Source: an uncultured Acidobacteriota bacterium (GTDB taxonomy: Bacteria > Acidobacteriota > Thermoanaerobaculia > Gp7-AA8). Taken from it: a stretch of DNA of 64,000 bases. The stretch is taken from NCBI GenBank assembly GCA_963741955.1, contig CAVUKB010000004.1:288001-352000 (forward strand), read 5' to 3'. Under the pieces are notes generated by a model. It was not told the DNA's origin and did no database searches. It saw only the letters and a program-made list of their open reading frames with translations. Of this stretch, positions 9,610 to 19,194 are shown one piece after another (positions within the stretch are counted from its first letter, which is position 1; the number at the start of each line of letters is the position of its first letter). Both the position numbers and the translations under genes were made by a program.

Positions 9610-11382
9610 GTGGATCTCGGCAAAAGCTGGTCGAAATTCGTCCTCGGTCTGCGGATCGGCGAAAACTTCAGCGCGCTCACGCGACGTTTCATCCTCCTTG
9701 TACTCATTCTCACCGGCGTTCTCTGCGGTCTGATCGCGGTCGTGTTCCACGACATGATCGAGCTCGCACGCGGGCTGCTGATCGGTAGCGCAATGGCCAT
9801 CCCCGGCTATCTGAGAATTCCGGCCATTCTCCTCACTCCCACCGTAGTTGCCGTACTCCTCGCGGTGATCCTGCAGCGCTACGCGCCCCGCACCCGCGGG
9901 GCGAACCTCGCGCGAGTTCGGCGCGCGTACGCCCAGGATCCGTCCGTGCTGGACGGCAAGACCGTGCTGATGACCCTTCTGCTGACGCCGATCTCGCTGG
10001 GAGCCGGAATCCCGCTCGGCCCGGAAGGACCCACCGTCGTCGTCGCGAGCGGAGCTTCGGTTTACCTGGCCAAACTGCTCCGGTTGCCGAAGAAGATCGT
10101 CAGGGGGATGATCCCCGTCGGCACGGCGGCCGGCATTGCCGCGATCTTCAACACTCCCATCACCGGGGTGGTCTTCGCGCTGGAGGAAGTGCTCGGAACC
10201 ACGAGCCGCGGACTGCTCGGTGGCACCATCGTCGCCGCAGTCGCCGCAGCAGTGGTCGAGCGGCTGCTGCAGGGAGGGAGGCCACTTCTTCCGGCGCCCA
10301 TGGCGACATGGCACGACGTGCGTGAGCTGATCGGCTTCGCTCTCGTTGGTGTCGTCGCGGGTCTCGTCTCCGGCCTCTCCACACTCGCGGTCGACAAACT
10401 CCGCACGAAGGTCACGAAACAGATCCAGTCTCCGATCTTCCGGGCGGCGGCGGGAGGGCTCGCGGTCGGCCTCTTCGGCCTGATGGTCCCCGACATCTTC
10501 GGCGTCGGCTACGACATGACCAGCGGATTTCTCCATGGCGAGCAGTCACTGGGGATCTCGGCGGCAGCGTTCGCAATGAAGACCATTGCGTTCATCGTCT
10601 CCCTCGCCACCGGTCTGCTCGGAGGGACGTTCGCTCCCTCGCTCTTCATCGGCGCATCCCTCGGCGCGACGGTCGGGCACCTCGCGCAAATGCAGCTCAA
10701 CGGCTCCATCCAGCCCGGCGCGTATGCACTGGTCGGGATGGGCGCGTTTTTCGCCGGGACACTCCGGTGTCCCATCGCTTCGCTCCTCATCGTCTTCGAG
10801 CTCACCGGTGACTACGGCTTGATCCTTCCGCTGATGCTCGCCGTCGCGCTCTCGATCTCGATCTCCCGGAAGCTCGCGCCGCTGAGTCTCACCGAGCGCC
10901 AGCTTCTCCAGGAGGGGTATCGCGAAGAAGAGCACTCTGCCAGCGATCCGCTTGCGACGCTCGCCGTCAGCGACGTGATGACGAGGGATCCGGTGGCGTT
11001 GCGCGAAGACATGACTCTGCTCGAAGCCGCACGCTTCGTCGCCGGAACCAAGCACCACTTCTACCCGGTGGTCAACGACCTGCGGAGATTCGTCGGGCTC
11101 CTGTCGAGCGATCAGATCGACTCGGCCGCGCGCGAGGGGACGCTCGAAGAGCGGGTGGGGGATCACGTCGAAAAGCCACCGCTCGTTTCGAAAGCGAACG
11201 AGAGCGTTCGCGAGATGATCTGGAGCATGGCCCAGAAGGGTGTCGATCGCTGTCCGGTGGTCGCGGGAGACGGTTCGGGCGTGCTGGTCGGGATCGTCGG
11301 GCCGGCCGACCTGCTCCACGCGAGGATGAAACGAGCACGGCAGTCGGACACTCTGGAGACGGAGCTCGACGTTCTCGGCTGA
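9610..11382 (+). CDS. ClC-family anion transporter with C-terminal CBS pair
   Basis: GPEGPTV, AAGIAAIFNTPITGVVFALEE, GGTFAPSLFIG, IVFELTGDY motifs; CBS domains (VSDVMTRD...). Confidence 0.92.
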   Translation: MDLGKSWSKFVLGLRIGENFSALTRRFILLVLILTGVLCGLIAVVFHDMIELARGLLIGSAMAIPGYLRIPAILLTPTVVAVLLAVILQRYAPRTRGANLARVRRAYAQDPSVLDGKTVLMTLLLTPISLGAGIPLGPEGPTVVVASGASVYLAKLLRLPKKIVRGMIPVGTAAGIAAIFNTPITGVVFALEEVLGTTSRGLLGGTIVAAVAAAVVERLLQGGRPLLPAPMATWHDVRELIGFALVGVVAGLVSGLSTLAVDKLRTKVTKQIQSPIFRAAAGGLAVGLFGLMVPDIFGVGYDMTSGFLHGEQSLGISAAAFAMKTIAFIVSLATGLLGGTFAPSLFIGASLGATVGHLAQMQLNGSIQPGAYALVGMGAFFAGTLRCPIASLLIVFELTGDYGLILPLMLAVALSISISRKLAPLSLTERQLLQEGYREEEHSASDPLATLAVSDVMTRDPVALREDMTLLEAARFVAGTKHHFYPVVNDLRRFVGLLSSDQIDSAAREGTLEERVGDHVEKPPLVSKANESVREMIWSMAQKGVDRCPVVAGDGSGVLVGIVGPADLLHARMKRARQSDTLETELDVLG

Positions 11383-11416
11383 TGCCTGAGGTGGGAAGCT
11401 CCACCGCACCTGCGGC
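11202..11416 (+). repeat. Direct repeat, left copy (3' end of the ClC gene plus ~35 nt downstream)
   Basis: Aligns by eye with 13957-14146. Confidence 0.85.
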
Positions 11417-11721
11417 TGGCCAGTGACAGGAGATCCGATCGGAGGGGCGACTCGCCCACAAGCCGGCGTGGTCTGGTTCCTGCGGGTAGCGTCACGTCAG
11501 CGCCTTCTGAACTCTGACGGACAGCACAATCGAGGAACAACGCTGCCTCTTCTGTTTTCGCGTCACGCTGAAGCGTGACCGCTGACCGCTGACTATTGAC
11601 CCAGCCACCCGACCGGCATATCATCCGCCACGACATACTGACGCGTTCGGTTGCGGAGAAACCCGATTGATGGACCAAGACGCGGCACGAATGCGAAATT
11701 ACTCTACCACAGGAGAGTCGT

Positions 11722-13080
11722 GTGAGATTCCCAAGAAGCCTATGGATCAACAGAATGCTCTTTATCGCCTTCTCGATGTCACTTGCCACAGGAACATTCG
11801 CGGCTGACAAATTTGTCCGGGGCCACAATCCGGTACCAGGGCGGTATATGGTTCGCCTAGTCGATCATCTTCCGGACAACGTTAGTGTCGATTCCGTCGC
11901 GCGGACTTTAGTCCCCACCAACCATGGGCGAATTCGGATGACGTGGTCGAAGGCGCTGAACGGATTCGTCGTCGAGACGAGTGAGCAAGATGCCATCGCA
12001 CTGAGCAAGCACCCATTGGTAGAATTCGTCGAAGAAGACGAGATCGTGCAAGTGGCGACCGTGCAATCGATTCCTTCCGGGCCACTCGTGCAAGAGGCAC
12101 CGGCGACTATGTGGTATCTCGATCGGATCGATCAAGCCGCGCCGACGGCACCACGAACGAACGGATCGTACTGGTACTGCACGACCGGTCAAGGAGTCCG
12201 TATCTATATCGTCGATACCGGGGTGCTCGACATTCACCCGGATCTGCTCTGGGGTAACGGCTCTTCACGCGTCACCGAAGTTCCTGAGTTGGTGGCCTAC
12301 CTCAAGTCTCGCGGCGAATACCTACTGAAAAGCCAATGCTGGACCACGTTCGAGCTCGGTCCCGATGCAAGTCACGGTACGGCTGTTGCGGGCTTCGCCG
12401 CTGGGACGACATTCGGAGTCGCCAAGCTGGCGACCATCGCCGACTGGCGAACTTTCAATTGTTCCGGACAGCAGGTGGCATCGTACATCGTCGATTCCCT
12501 TAACTACATTCCTCAAGACCCGCACTGGTTAGGTGAGCCACGCGTCGTGAACTGCAGTTTCGCTGCGCCGCAATTCGCGATGATCTCGGCCGCCGCGGAC
12601 GGCCTCGTAACCAACTACGGGATGACGGTCGTCGTTGCCGCCGGGAACGAGAACTCCGATACTCTCCTGTTTTCGCCAGCCGGTGGCGGCCACGTCATCA
12701 CGGTGGGAGGCTTGGCGCAAGCCACGGATACACGGTGGCAGTATTCGAACTACCGTGTCGACCTCTACGCGCCTGCTCAGTGGGTGGAAGGAATAAGCAC
12801 ATCAATTAGAGCTCTCTTTCCGCAGCTCGATCACGACAAGTATCGCAGCGAATTGGCCCAGTGTTACAGCTATCCGCAAGACGGTTGTACGTCCGGGACT
12901 TCTTTCGCGTCGCCCATCGTGGCTGGTCTCGCGGCACGCTATCTCCAGCTCCACCATTCGGCCACGGCTGCCGACGTTCTGAATTACCTCGAGAGCCAGG
13001 CATCTTCGCACGTGAACCTACTCGTGTCCGATCCGGTGGGGAGCGCACCCATCGCGAACACGTATGACTGCAGTCAGTGA
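11722..13080 (+). CDS. Secreted S8 subtilase with I9 prodomain (locus 1)
   Basis: Signal peptide, I9-like VPGRYMV...NGFVV...VEFVEED, triad IVDTGV / SHGTAVAG / SGTSFASP, oxyanion AAGN. Codon usage is visibly more AT-rich than the neighbours. Confidence 0.92.
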   Translation: MRFPRSLWINRMLFIAFSMSLATGTFAADKFVRGHNPVPGRYMVRLVDHLPDNVSVDSVARTLVPTNHGRIRMTWSKALNGFVVETSEQDAIALSKHPLVEFVEEDEIVQVATVQSIPSGPLVQEAPATMWYLDRIDQAAPTAPRTNGSYWYCTTGQGVRIYIVDTGVLDIHPDLLWGNGSSRVTEVPELVAYLKSRGEYLLKSQCWTTFELGPDASHGTAVAGFAAGTTFGVAKLATIADWRTFNCSGQQVASYIVDSLNYIPQDPHWLGEPRVVNCSFAAPQFAMISAAADGLVTNYGMTVVVAAGNENSDTLLFSPAGGGHVITVGGLAQATDTRWQYSNYRVDLYAPAQWVEGISTSIRALFPQLDHDKYRSELAQCYSYPQDGCTSGTSFASPIVAGLAARYLQLHHSATAADVLNYLESQASSHVNLLVSDPVGSAPIANTYDCSQ

Positions 13081-13092
13081 GGTGATCCGGCT

Positions 13093-13854
13093 ATGCGAAC
13101 GCCGATATTTCTTGCAGTCCTTTCACTCCTTGTCGCAGGAACGCTCAGTGCGCAAACCCCAGGAAGCCAGGAACGAATCCTGATTCCAGTCGCCTCTGAC
13201 CGACTGATATCCGGAGGATACGGATCTCTTTGGGAAACGACGCTCGTCGGGAGGAACGACTCGGATCAATATGTGAAGGTGGCTGTGGATTCGATATGCT
13301 ATTTCGAGTGTCCGACGCCGCCTGCCCAGGCGCACTCGACCTTCACGGTCTACCTCCCATCGGACGGTCGCGGACTTTTCTTGTATGTCGATCGCCCCGG
13401 GAATGCCGAGGTCTCATTCCAGCTGCGCCTCCAGGACGTCTCGCGTCAGGCGGAGACGTGGGGCACGTCGCTCCCGGTGGTTCGAGAGCGGGACACGTTC
13501 AGCGGGACGCTCGAGCTCTTGAACGTGCCGACGGATGCACGCTTTCGATCGACATTGCGCGTCTACGACTTCGCGGTTCGTTTCAAGAGCCAGGTGACCG
13601 TGCGATTCTATAATATGGACTCCGACGAGCTTTTGCTGCAATTGCCCTTGACGCTGGCGACCCACGAAGCCTCTCTTGCTCCACAGGCGCTACTGATCGA
13701 TCTTCCACTCGCGTACCCGGAACTGGCCAGCGCGGAGAACCTGCGCATTACAATCGACCCGGCCACTCCAGGAATGCAGTTCTGGGCCTTCGTGAGCGTG
13801 ACGAACAACGCGACGCAGCACGTCACGATGGTTCTCCCGGATAATCCGCGATAA
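13093..13854 (+). CDS. Secreted hypothetical 'S8 companion' protein (copy 1)
   Basis: Signal peptide. Shares ERILIPV, GxYGSxWxTxL, CxxxC, SRQxExWGTxxP, RxxLRxY and TNNATQH motifs with 48645-49424 and 49613-50398. Starts 12 nt after the S8 stop. Confidence 0.85.
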   Translation: MRTPIFLAVLSLLVAGTLSAQTPGSQERILIPVASDRLISGGYGSLWETTLVGRNDSDQYVKVAVDSICYFECPTPPAQAHSTFTVYLPSDGRGLFLYVDRPGNAEVSFQLRLQDVSRQAETWGTSLPVVRERDTFSGTLELLNVPTDARFRSTLRVYDFAVRFKSQVTVRFYNMDSDELLLQLPLTLATHEASLAPQALLIDLPLAYPELASAENLRITIDPATPGMQFWAFVSVTNNATQHVTMVLPDNPR

Positions 13855-13956
13855 TGCAGCCCCGAAGCAGATTCGCTCGATCGTGAGCTGCCGAAGTCCG
13901 TCGTGCCTCGGAAACGAATACGGGCACTGCGAACTTCGCCTTCGTGGTCCTTTACG

Positions 13957-14146
13957 GAGCCTCCGCGAGATGATGCGGAGCATGGCCCGGAAGGTGGTCG
14001 CGGGAGACGGTTCCGGCGTGCTGGTCGGGATCGTCGGGCCGGCCGACCTGCTCCAGCCTGAATGAAACGAGCACGGCAATCGGAAACTCTGGAGACGGAG
14101 CTCGACGTCCTCGGCTGAACGGGGCGAAGCTCCATCGCATCCCGGC
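13957..14146 (+). pseudogene. Degenerate duplicate of the ClC gene 3' end (right copy of the direct repeat)
   Basis: Encodes LREMMRSMARK-VVAGDGSGVLVGIVGPADLL and …ETLETELDVLG-stop, with a deletion and a frameshift relative to 11202-11382. Confidence 0.85.
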
Positions 14147-14234
14147 GATGAAGCTCCGCGACCGACTGGACGGCCGCTGCGCCCCCCTGAACCGCGCCTC
14201 CCCAGCGTCCCGCCGTTTCTTGTACGAGTTTGTC

Positions 14235-15293
14235 CTACCGGTTTACCAGCGAAAGTTCTATTTGTCCATCCCCCGAATGGGTGAGACGAAGATTTTTTTT
14301 CGCATGAGCTCGCTTGCGGGGTACGGCATGGGCGGGCTTGCGGAGAGGGGTCGAAGACGCTGGGATGCGGCTCAGGACCCTGTGGATGAGCTCGGACCGC
14401 CCCCGGCAACGCACTTTCCGGAGGATCCTCGAAGCGTGAGTTTTCACCGTCTCGATCCCGATCGCGAGGGTTCGGGCGATCTCGCCGTTGCTCATCCCTC
14501 TGACAATCAGATGGAGAATCTCCCGCTCGCGCGGCGTCAGCTCCGCGAGGTGACGCCCGAGCTCATCCGCCGGCTCGATCACGATGTGCGCCAGTTGTGG
14601 AGAGAACGGATTTCGGCCGGCGAGAAGCATCCGAACCCGCAGCACGTCAACTCCGGCGTCGAGCGTCTGCATGGGCGTGAGGAGCCAACGGCCAACCGGC
14701 ATCCGGGTGGCGTTCCGGAGCATCTCTCCGAGGCGTTCCACCACCGCCGAGGACGAGATCTGTTCGAGAGATCCCCTTCTTCCGGCGCGAAGTCTTTCGC
14801 GCGCGGCGGGAGTGGCGAAAATGCATTCGCCATTCGCGGAGAGCGTGATCACCGCCGGATCGGCCCATCCGATCTCTTCCGGCGTGGTCGTCTCCCGAAG
14901 CCGGCGTGCCATCAGCTCCTCCAGCGAGGGGAGGAACAGGAGCGCTGCCCTCGCGGCTGCATCGAGATCGCCGGCCGCGAGGTGCTCGATCATCTCCGAG
15001 CGCGACATCTCGGAGAGAAGCGGGTCGTCGCTGCGGCAGAGGCAGAGGTGACGAAGTCGCTGGGCACGAACTGTCGCTTCTCTGATCGCATCGATTCCGA
15101 GCACTTCGCACAGCTCGCGCTGATCGAGCGCTCCGACGATGCGACCGGCGCGGCGCTCGAATTCCTTCCAGCACCGAAGATCACGACCACTCCGCTCGAG
15201 CAGATTCGCCATCCGGACCAGATCGACCACCGCCGTGATCGCAACAGGGCAGCGGACGGCATCGCATTTCACAGCCGCGGGCGCACTCTTCAT
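14235..15293 (-). CDS. LuxR-family HTH transcriptional regulator with an unassigned N-terminal domain
   Basis: LTPREREILHLIVRGMSNGEIARTLAIGIETVKTHASRILRK; GAGGTG RBS. Confidence 0.8.
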   Translation of the reverse strand: MKSAPAAVKCDAVRCPVAITAVVDLVRMANLLERSGRDLRCWKEFERRAGRIVGALDQRELCEVLGIDAIREATVRAQRLRHLCLCRSDDPLLSEMSRSEMIEHLAAGDLDAAARAALLFLPSLEELMARRLRETTTPEEIGWADPAVITLSANGECIFATPAARERLRAGRRGSLEQISSSAVVERLGEMLRNATRMPVGRWLLTPMQTLDAGVDVLRVRMLLAGRNPFSPQLAHIVIEPADELGRHLAELTPREREILHLIVRGMSNGEIARTLAIGIETVKTHASRILRKVRCRGRSELIHRVLSRIPASSTPLRKPAHAVPRKRAHAKKNLRLTHSGDGQIELSLVNR

Positions 15294-15510
15294 GATTCAC
15301 CTCTCGCATGAGGAGTGTCTGAGCGGAGGAAAGTCCTACCCCCCCGTTGGCCCGCGATCGCGCACGTGTCGTGATCTGCGCGGCGGATTACGAATCTGCA
15401 CTCCACACCCCGAACGTGATCTTGCCGAGGAGTGCGGACTCGTGGACCACCGCGTGGATGGTGTTGTACGCGATGAAGAGGGAGGCTGCGGCTCTCGCGG
15501 AGCGTTCGTA

Positions 15511-16854
15511 CTAACCCTCCGGAGGGGGCGGTGCGAAGAGAAGTTCCGGTTGACGCGGAAGGCGCTCGAGATACGTTCGAACATGGCGCACCAGGTGAGG
15601 CGTCGCTTTTCCGGCTTCTGCCGCTTCGCGGAGGTAGGAGCATGCGGTGGTCGCGTTCCTGAGCTGACCGATTCTCGAGAAGAGGTCGACCAATTCTCTG
15701 CAGATCGGGACGAGATCGAGGTTCCGCCCGGTGGAGAGAGAGATCTCCACGCGATCGAGCGTCACCAGACCGGCGTCACTGACCAGTCCGAGTCGCTCGA
15801 ACTCTTCCCCGGTGCGTTCGAGGAGTGCCAGCGCCTCGTCCACGTGACCGGTGGCCATCCGGAGCCGGGCGAGACCCCAGTCGACCCGGAGCTTTTCGGA
15901 GTGGAGTCCCATCTCTTCGAGCAGCGGGATGGCTTCGAGAAACGCGCCCGCAGCGGCCTCGGGACGGCCGAGCTGTTCCTCGCAATGCGCGAAGTTGTTC
16001 AGAAGAAGTGGAAGGATCGCGAGATCGTTCCTTCGGCGCGCGTCGGCGATCAGTTCAAGGAAGCCGTCGCGCGCGGCGGAAAGATTTCCTTCCTTGAACC
16101 TGCAGTCGGCGAGCATCAGCCGCGCCTGCGCAGCGCGACTCTCGTCGCCGTACCGCCTGAACGTCTCGAGACTCCTGCGGGCGAGCTCCGCTGCGCCGTG
16201 GATCCGGTCGATGGCGAGGAACACGGTCGCGCGTCCGAGATCGACGATCGCGATGTGGAAGTCGGAGGCGGGAGTTCGCAGCCACGCTTCTTCCGCGCGG
16301 TCGAACGATTCGAGTGCTTCTAGATAACGGTCGAGCAGGCGGAGAGCGTTCGCACGTTCTTTCCACGACTGCCCCACGAGAGTGTCGGCAACGATCGGGT
16401 TCCATCCGTGAGCCGTTGCTTTCGGGATCATTTCCAGCGCCAGATCGCATGCCGAGAGCGAGCGTGCCGGATCGACGGTGAAGTTCCTTCTCGCAAACGC
16501 CAGGAGCTCGGAGACGGTCGCGGGGTGGGCGAATGACGGGTCGGTGTGGACCTCGCGCTTCCACGACTCGCCCGGCTGGTCGAGGATCTTCTTCAGGCGC
16601 GCCGCGGCCTCGATGTGGCCGGATTCGAGACGCGACGAGAACTCGACCAGTTCAGCGATTCTCCGCCTGGAGGGATGAAATTCAGGATGCGCCTTCCAGC
16701 TCTCCGGGTCGGAAAGCGATTCGAAGAGAGTACGCAACTGGGCGGTGGCCTTGCCGCACTCGGGACACGAGGCGACGTGGGCCGCGAGATCCCGATCGGA
16801 CGCGCCTCTCTCGACGAACGCAATCAGTGCGTCTTCGCCGGGGCAGCGCTTCAT
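15511..16854 (-). CDS. Zinc-finger (zf-HC2/ZAS) anti-sigma-like N-terminus fused to TPR repeats
   Basis: MKRCP...AHVASCPEC (HxxxCxxC) followed by helical TPR-like repeats. Start overlaps the sigma-factor stop (ATGA). Confidence 0.8.
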   Translation of the reverse strand: MKRCPGEDALIAFVERGASDRDLAAHVASCPECGKATAQLRTLFESLSDPESWKAHPEFHPSRRRIAELVEFSSRLESGHIEAAARLKKILDQPGESWKREVHTDPSFAHPATVSELLAFARRNFTVDPARSLSACDLALEMIPKATAHGWNPIVADTLVGQSWKERANALRLLDRYLEALESFDRAEEAWLRTPASDFHIAIVDLGRATVFLAIDRIHGAAELARRSLETFRRYGDESRAAQARLMLADCRFKEGNLSAARDGFLELIADARRRNDLAILPLLLNNFAHCEEQLGRPEAAAGAFLEAIPLLEEMGLHSEKLRVDWGLARLRMATGHVDEALALLERTGEEFERLGLVSDAGLVTLDRVEISLSTGRNLDLVPICRELVDLFSRIGQLRNATTACSYLREAAEAGKATPHLVRHVRTYLERLPRQPELLFAPPPPEG

Positions 16855-17378
16855 CGCGTCACCTCGTCCAGAGAGAAGTAGATCTCCTGAATCCGTTTGA
16901 GGCATTTGTGAAGGAGTTTCTCCGCATAGCGGTTGGTCGTATCGAGATCCGTTGCCACTTCGGGAGCCGTACATCCTTCGACGAAACGGAGTCGCAACGT
17001 CTCCCGGCACTTCTCCTGAAGTCTTTCCAGTGCCTTCGAGACTGTGAACCGTGCTGCGATGCGGTCGGCCAGAGCGAAGCTCTCATTGTCGACCGCGTCG
17101 AAACCTTCAGGGAGAGAGTCGGAACGATTGCGGGTTCGCCGGTATCGACGGCTTGCGTTGCAGATTGCGCCCACCAGCCACGATCGGACGTCGGCGACCA
17201 GATGGGCCGAGCTCATATACGAGAGAAAAACGTCGTGGGCGAGCGATTCCGCGTCGCCCGCGGGAACATTGAATCGGCGCACCGCGATCCCGCAGAGGAG
17301 ATCGTAGTAGCGGACGTAAATCTGTTCGAGGCTTGCCGTGGCACAAGGTTCATCGGCGATGGCATTCAATGCGGACAC
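16851..17378 (-). CDS. ECF (group IV) sigma-70 factor
   Basis: Region 2 (GDAESLAHDVF, SWLVGAICNASR) and region 4 (LQEKCRETLRLRFVEG..APEVA); 175 aa. Confidence 0.85.
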   Translation of the reverse strand: MSALNAIADEPCATASLEQIYVRYYDLLCGIAVRRFNVPAGDAESLAHDVFLSYMSSAHLVADVRSWLVGAICNASRRYRRTRNRSDSLPEGFDAVDNESFALADRIAARFTVSKALERLQEKCRETLRLRFVEGCTAPEVATDLDTTNRYAEKLLHKCLKRIQEIYFSLDEVTR

Positions 17379-17481
17379 GGGCCGCTCCAGGTTTTCGACA
17401 CAGGGCGGTGTCTTCGAGTCGTTTCAACTCGAGCAGCCTACCATTGAGCCGGAGCCGCAACAATCCACCGATCGATAGGAG

Positions 17482-18588
<1,107 letters not shown>

Positions 18589-19134
18589 TCAGGTGTTGAG
18601 AATGAGACTCCTGGGAAATGCGTCCCAGGATGCTCCCCGGATCCGCTTCGTCAGGGCGGGTTCAATGCCCATCAGGCGTTGATACAGCGTCAGCTGTCCC
18701 CGGTGATACATCTCCTGGGCAATTCCGTGATGCATCCACGCGAGACGAGTGCCGGGCTTTCCGTCGAATCGCTCGATGCACTGGAGCATGTGGAGATCGC
18801 CGGCGCGGCGGAACTCCTTCACTCCGTCTGCGAGCGTGCTCCGCAGAGCCTCCAGGAGCTCCTTCCGTGTCTTCAGACCGTAGATGTCGCCGGCGTACAT
18901 CCGAACCAGATCCGGGAACGGCGCACGACGCAGGTCGGTGTCTTTCCGGGTGAGCTCCCCGGTCATCATCAGCGACACTTCCATGATGTGGATGACCAGC
19001 TCCGCAACGTTCCTCACTCCTTCGGCGGGACGGAAATCCATCCGCGACGCCGGGATGTTCTCGAGCTCCGCAATGACGCCTTCGCGAGCGTCGGTCCATG
19101 CGTCGAGGGCTTCGTCGAGCAGTGACTTGAACAT
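18589..19134 (-). CDS. DinB family protein
   Basis: DFRP...RNVAELVIHI and HGIAQEMYHRGQLTLYQRLMGIEP motifs. Confidence 0.85.
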   Translation of the reverse strand: MFKSLLDEALDAWTDAREGVIAELENIPASRMDFRPAEGVRNVAELVIHIMEVSLMMTGELTRKDTDLRRAPFPDLVRMYAGDIYGLKTRKELLEALRSTLADGVKEFRRAGDLHMLQCIERFDGKPGTRLAWMHHGIAQEMYHRGQLTLYQRLMGIEPALTKRIRGASWDAFPRSLILNT

Positions 19135-19194
19135 CGATTCCTCCTCGTCCTTCCGGCCCGGCGCTCCGTCCGACGGTCCCGGTCCGGAGATGTA

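Noticed and set aside
11383-17378. Prophage or integrative element
   Set aside because: No integrase, phage or conjugation genes and no tRNA target.
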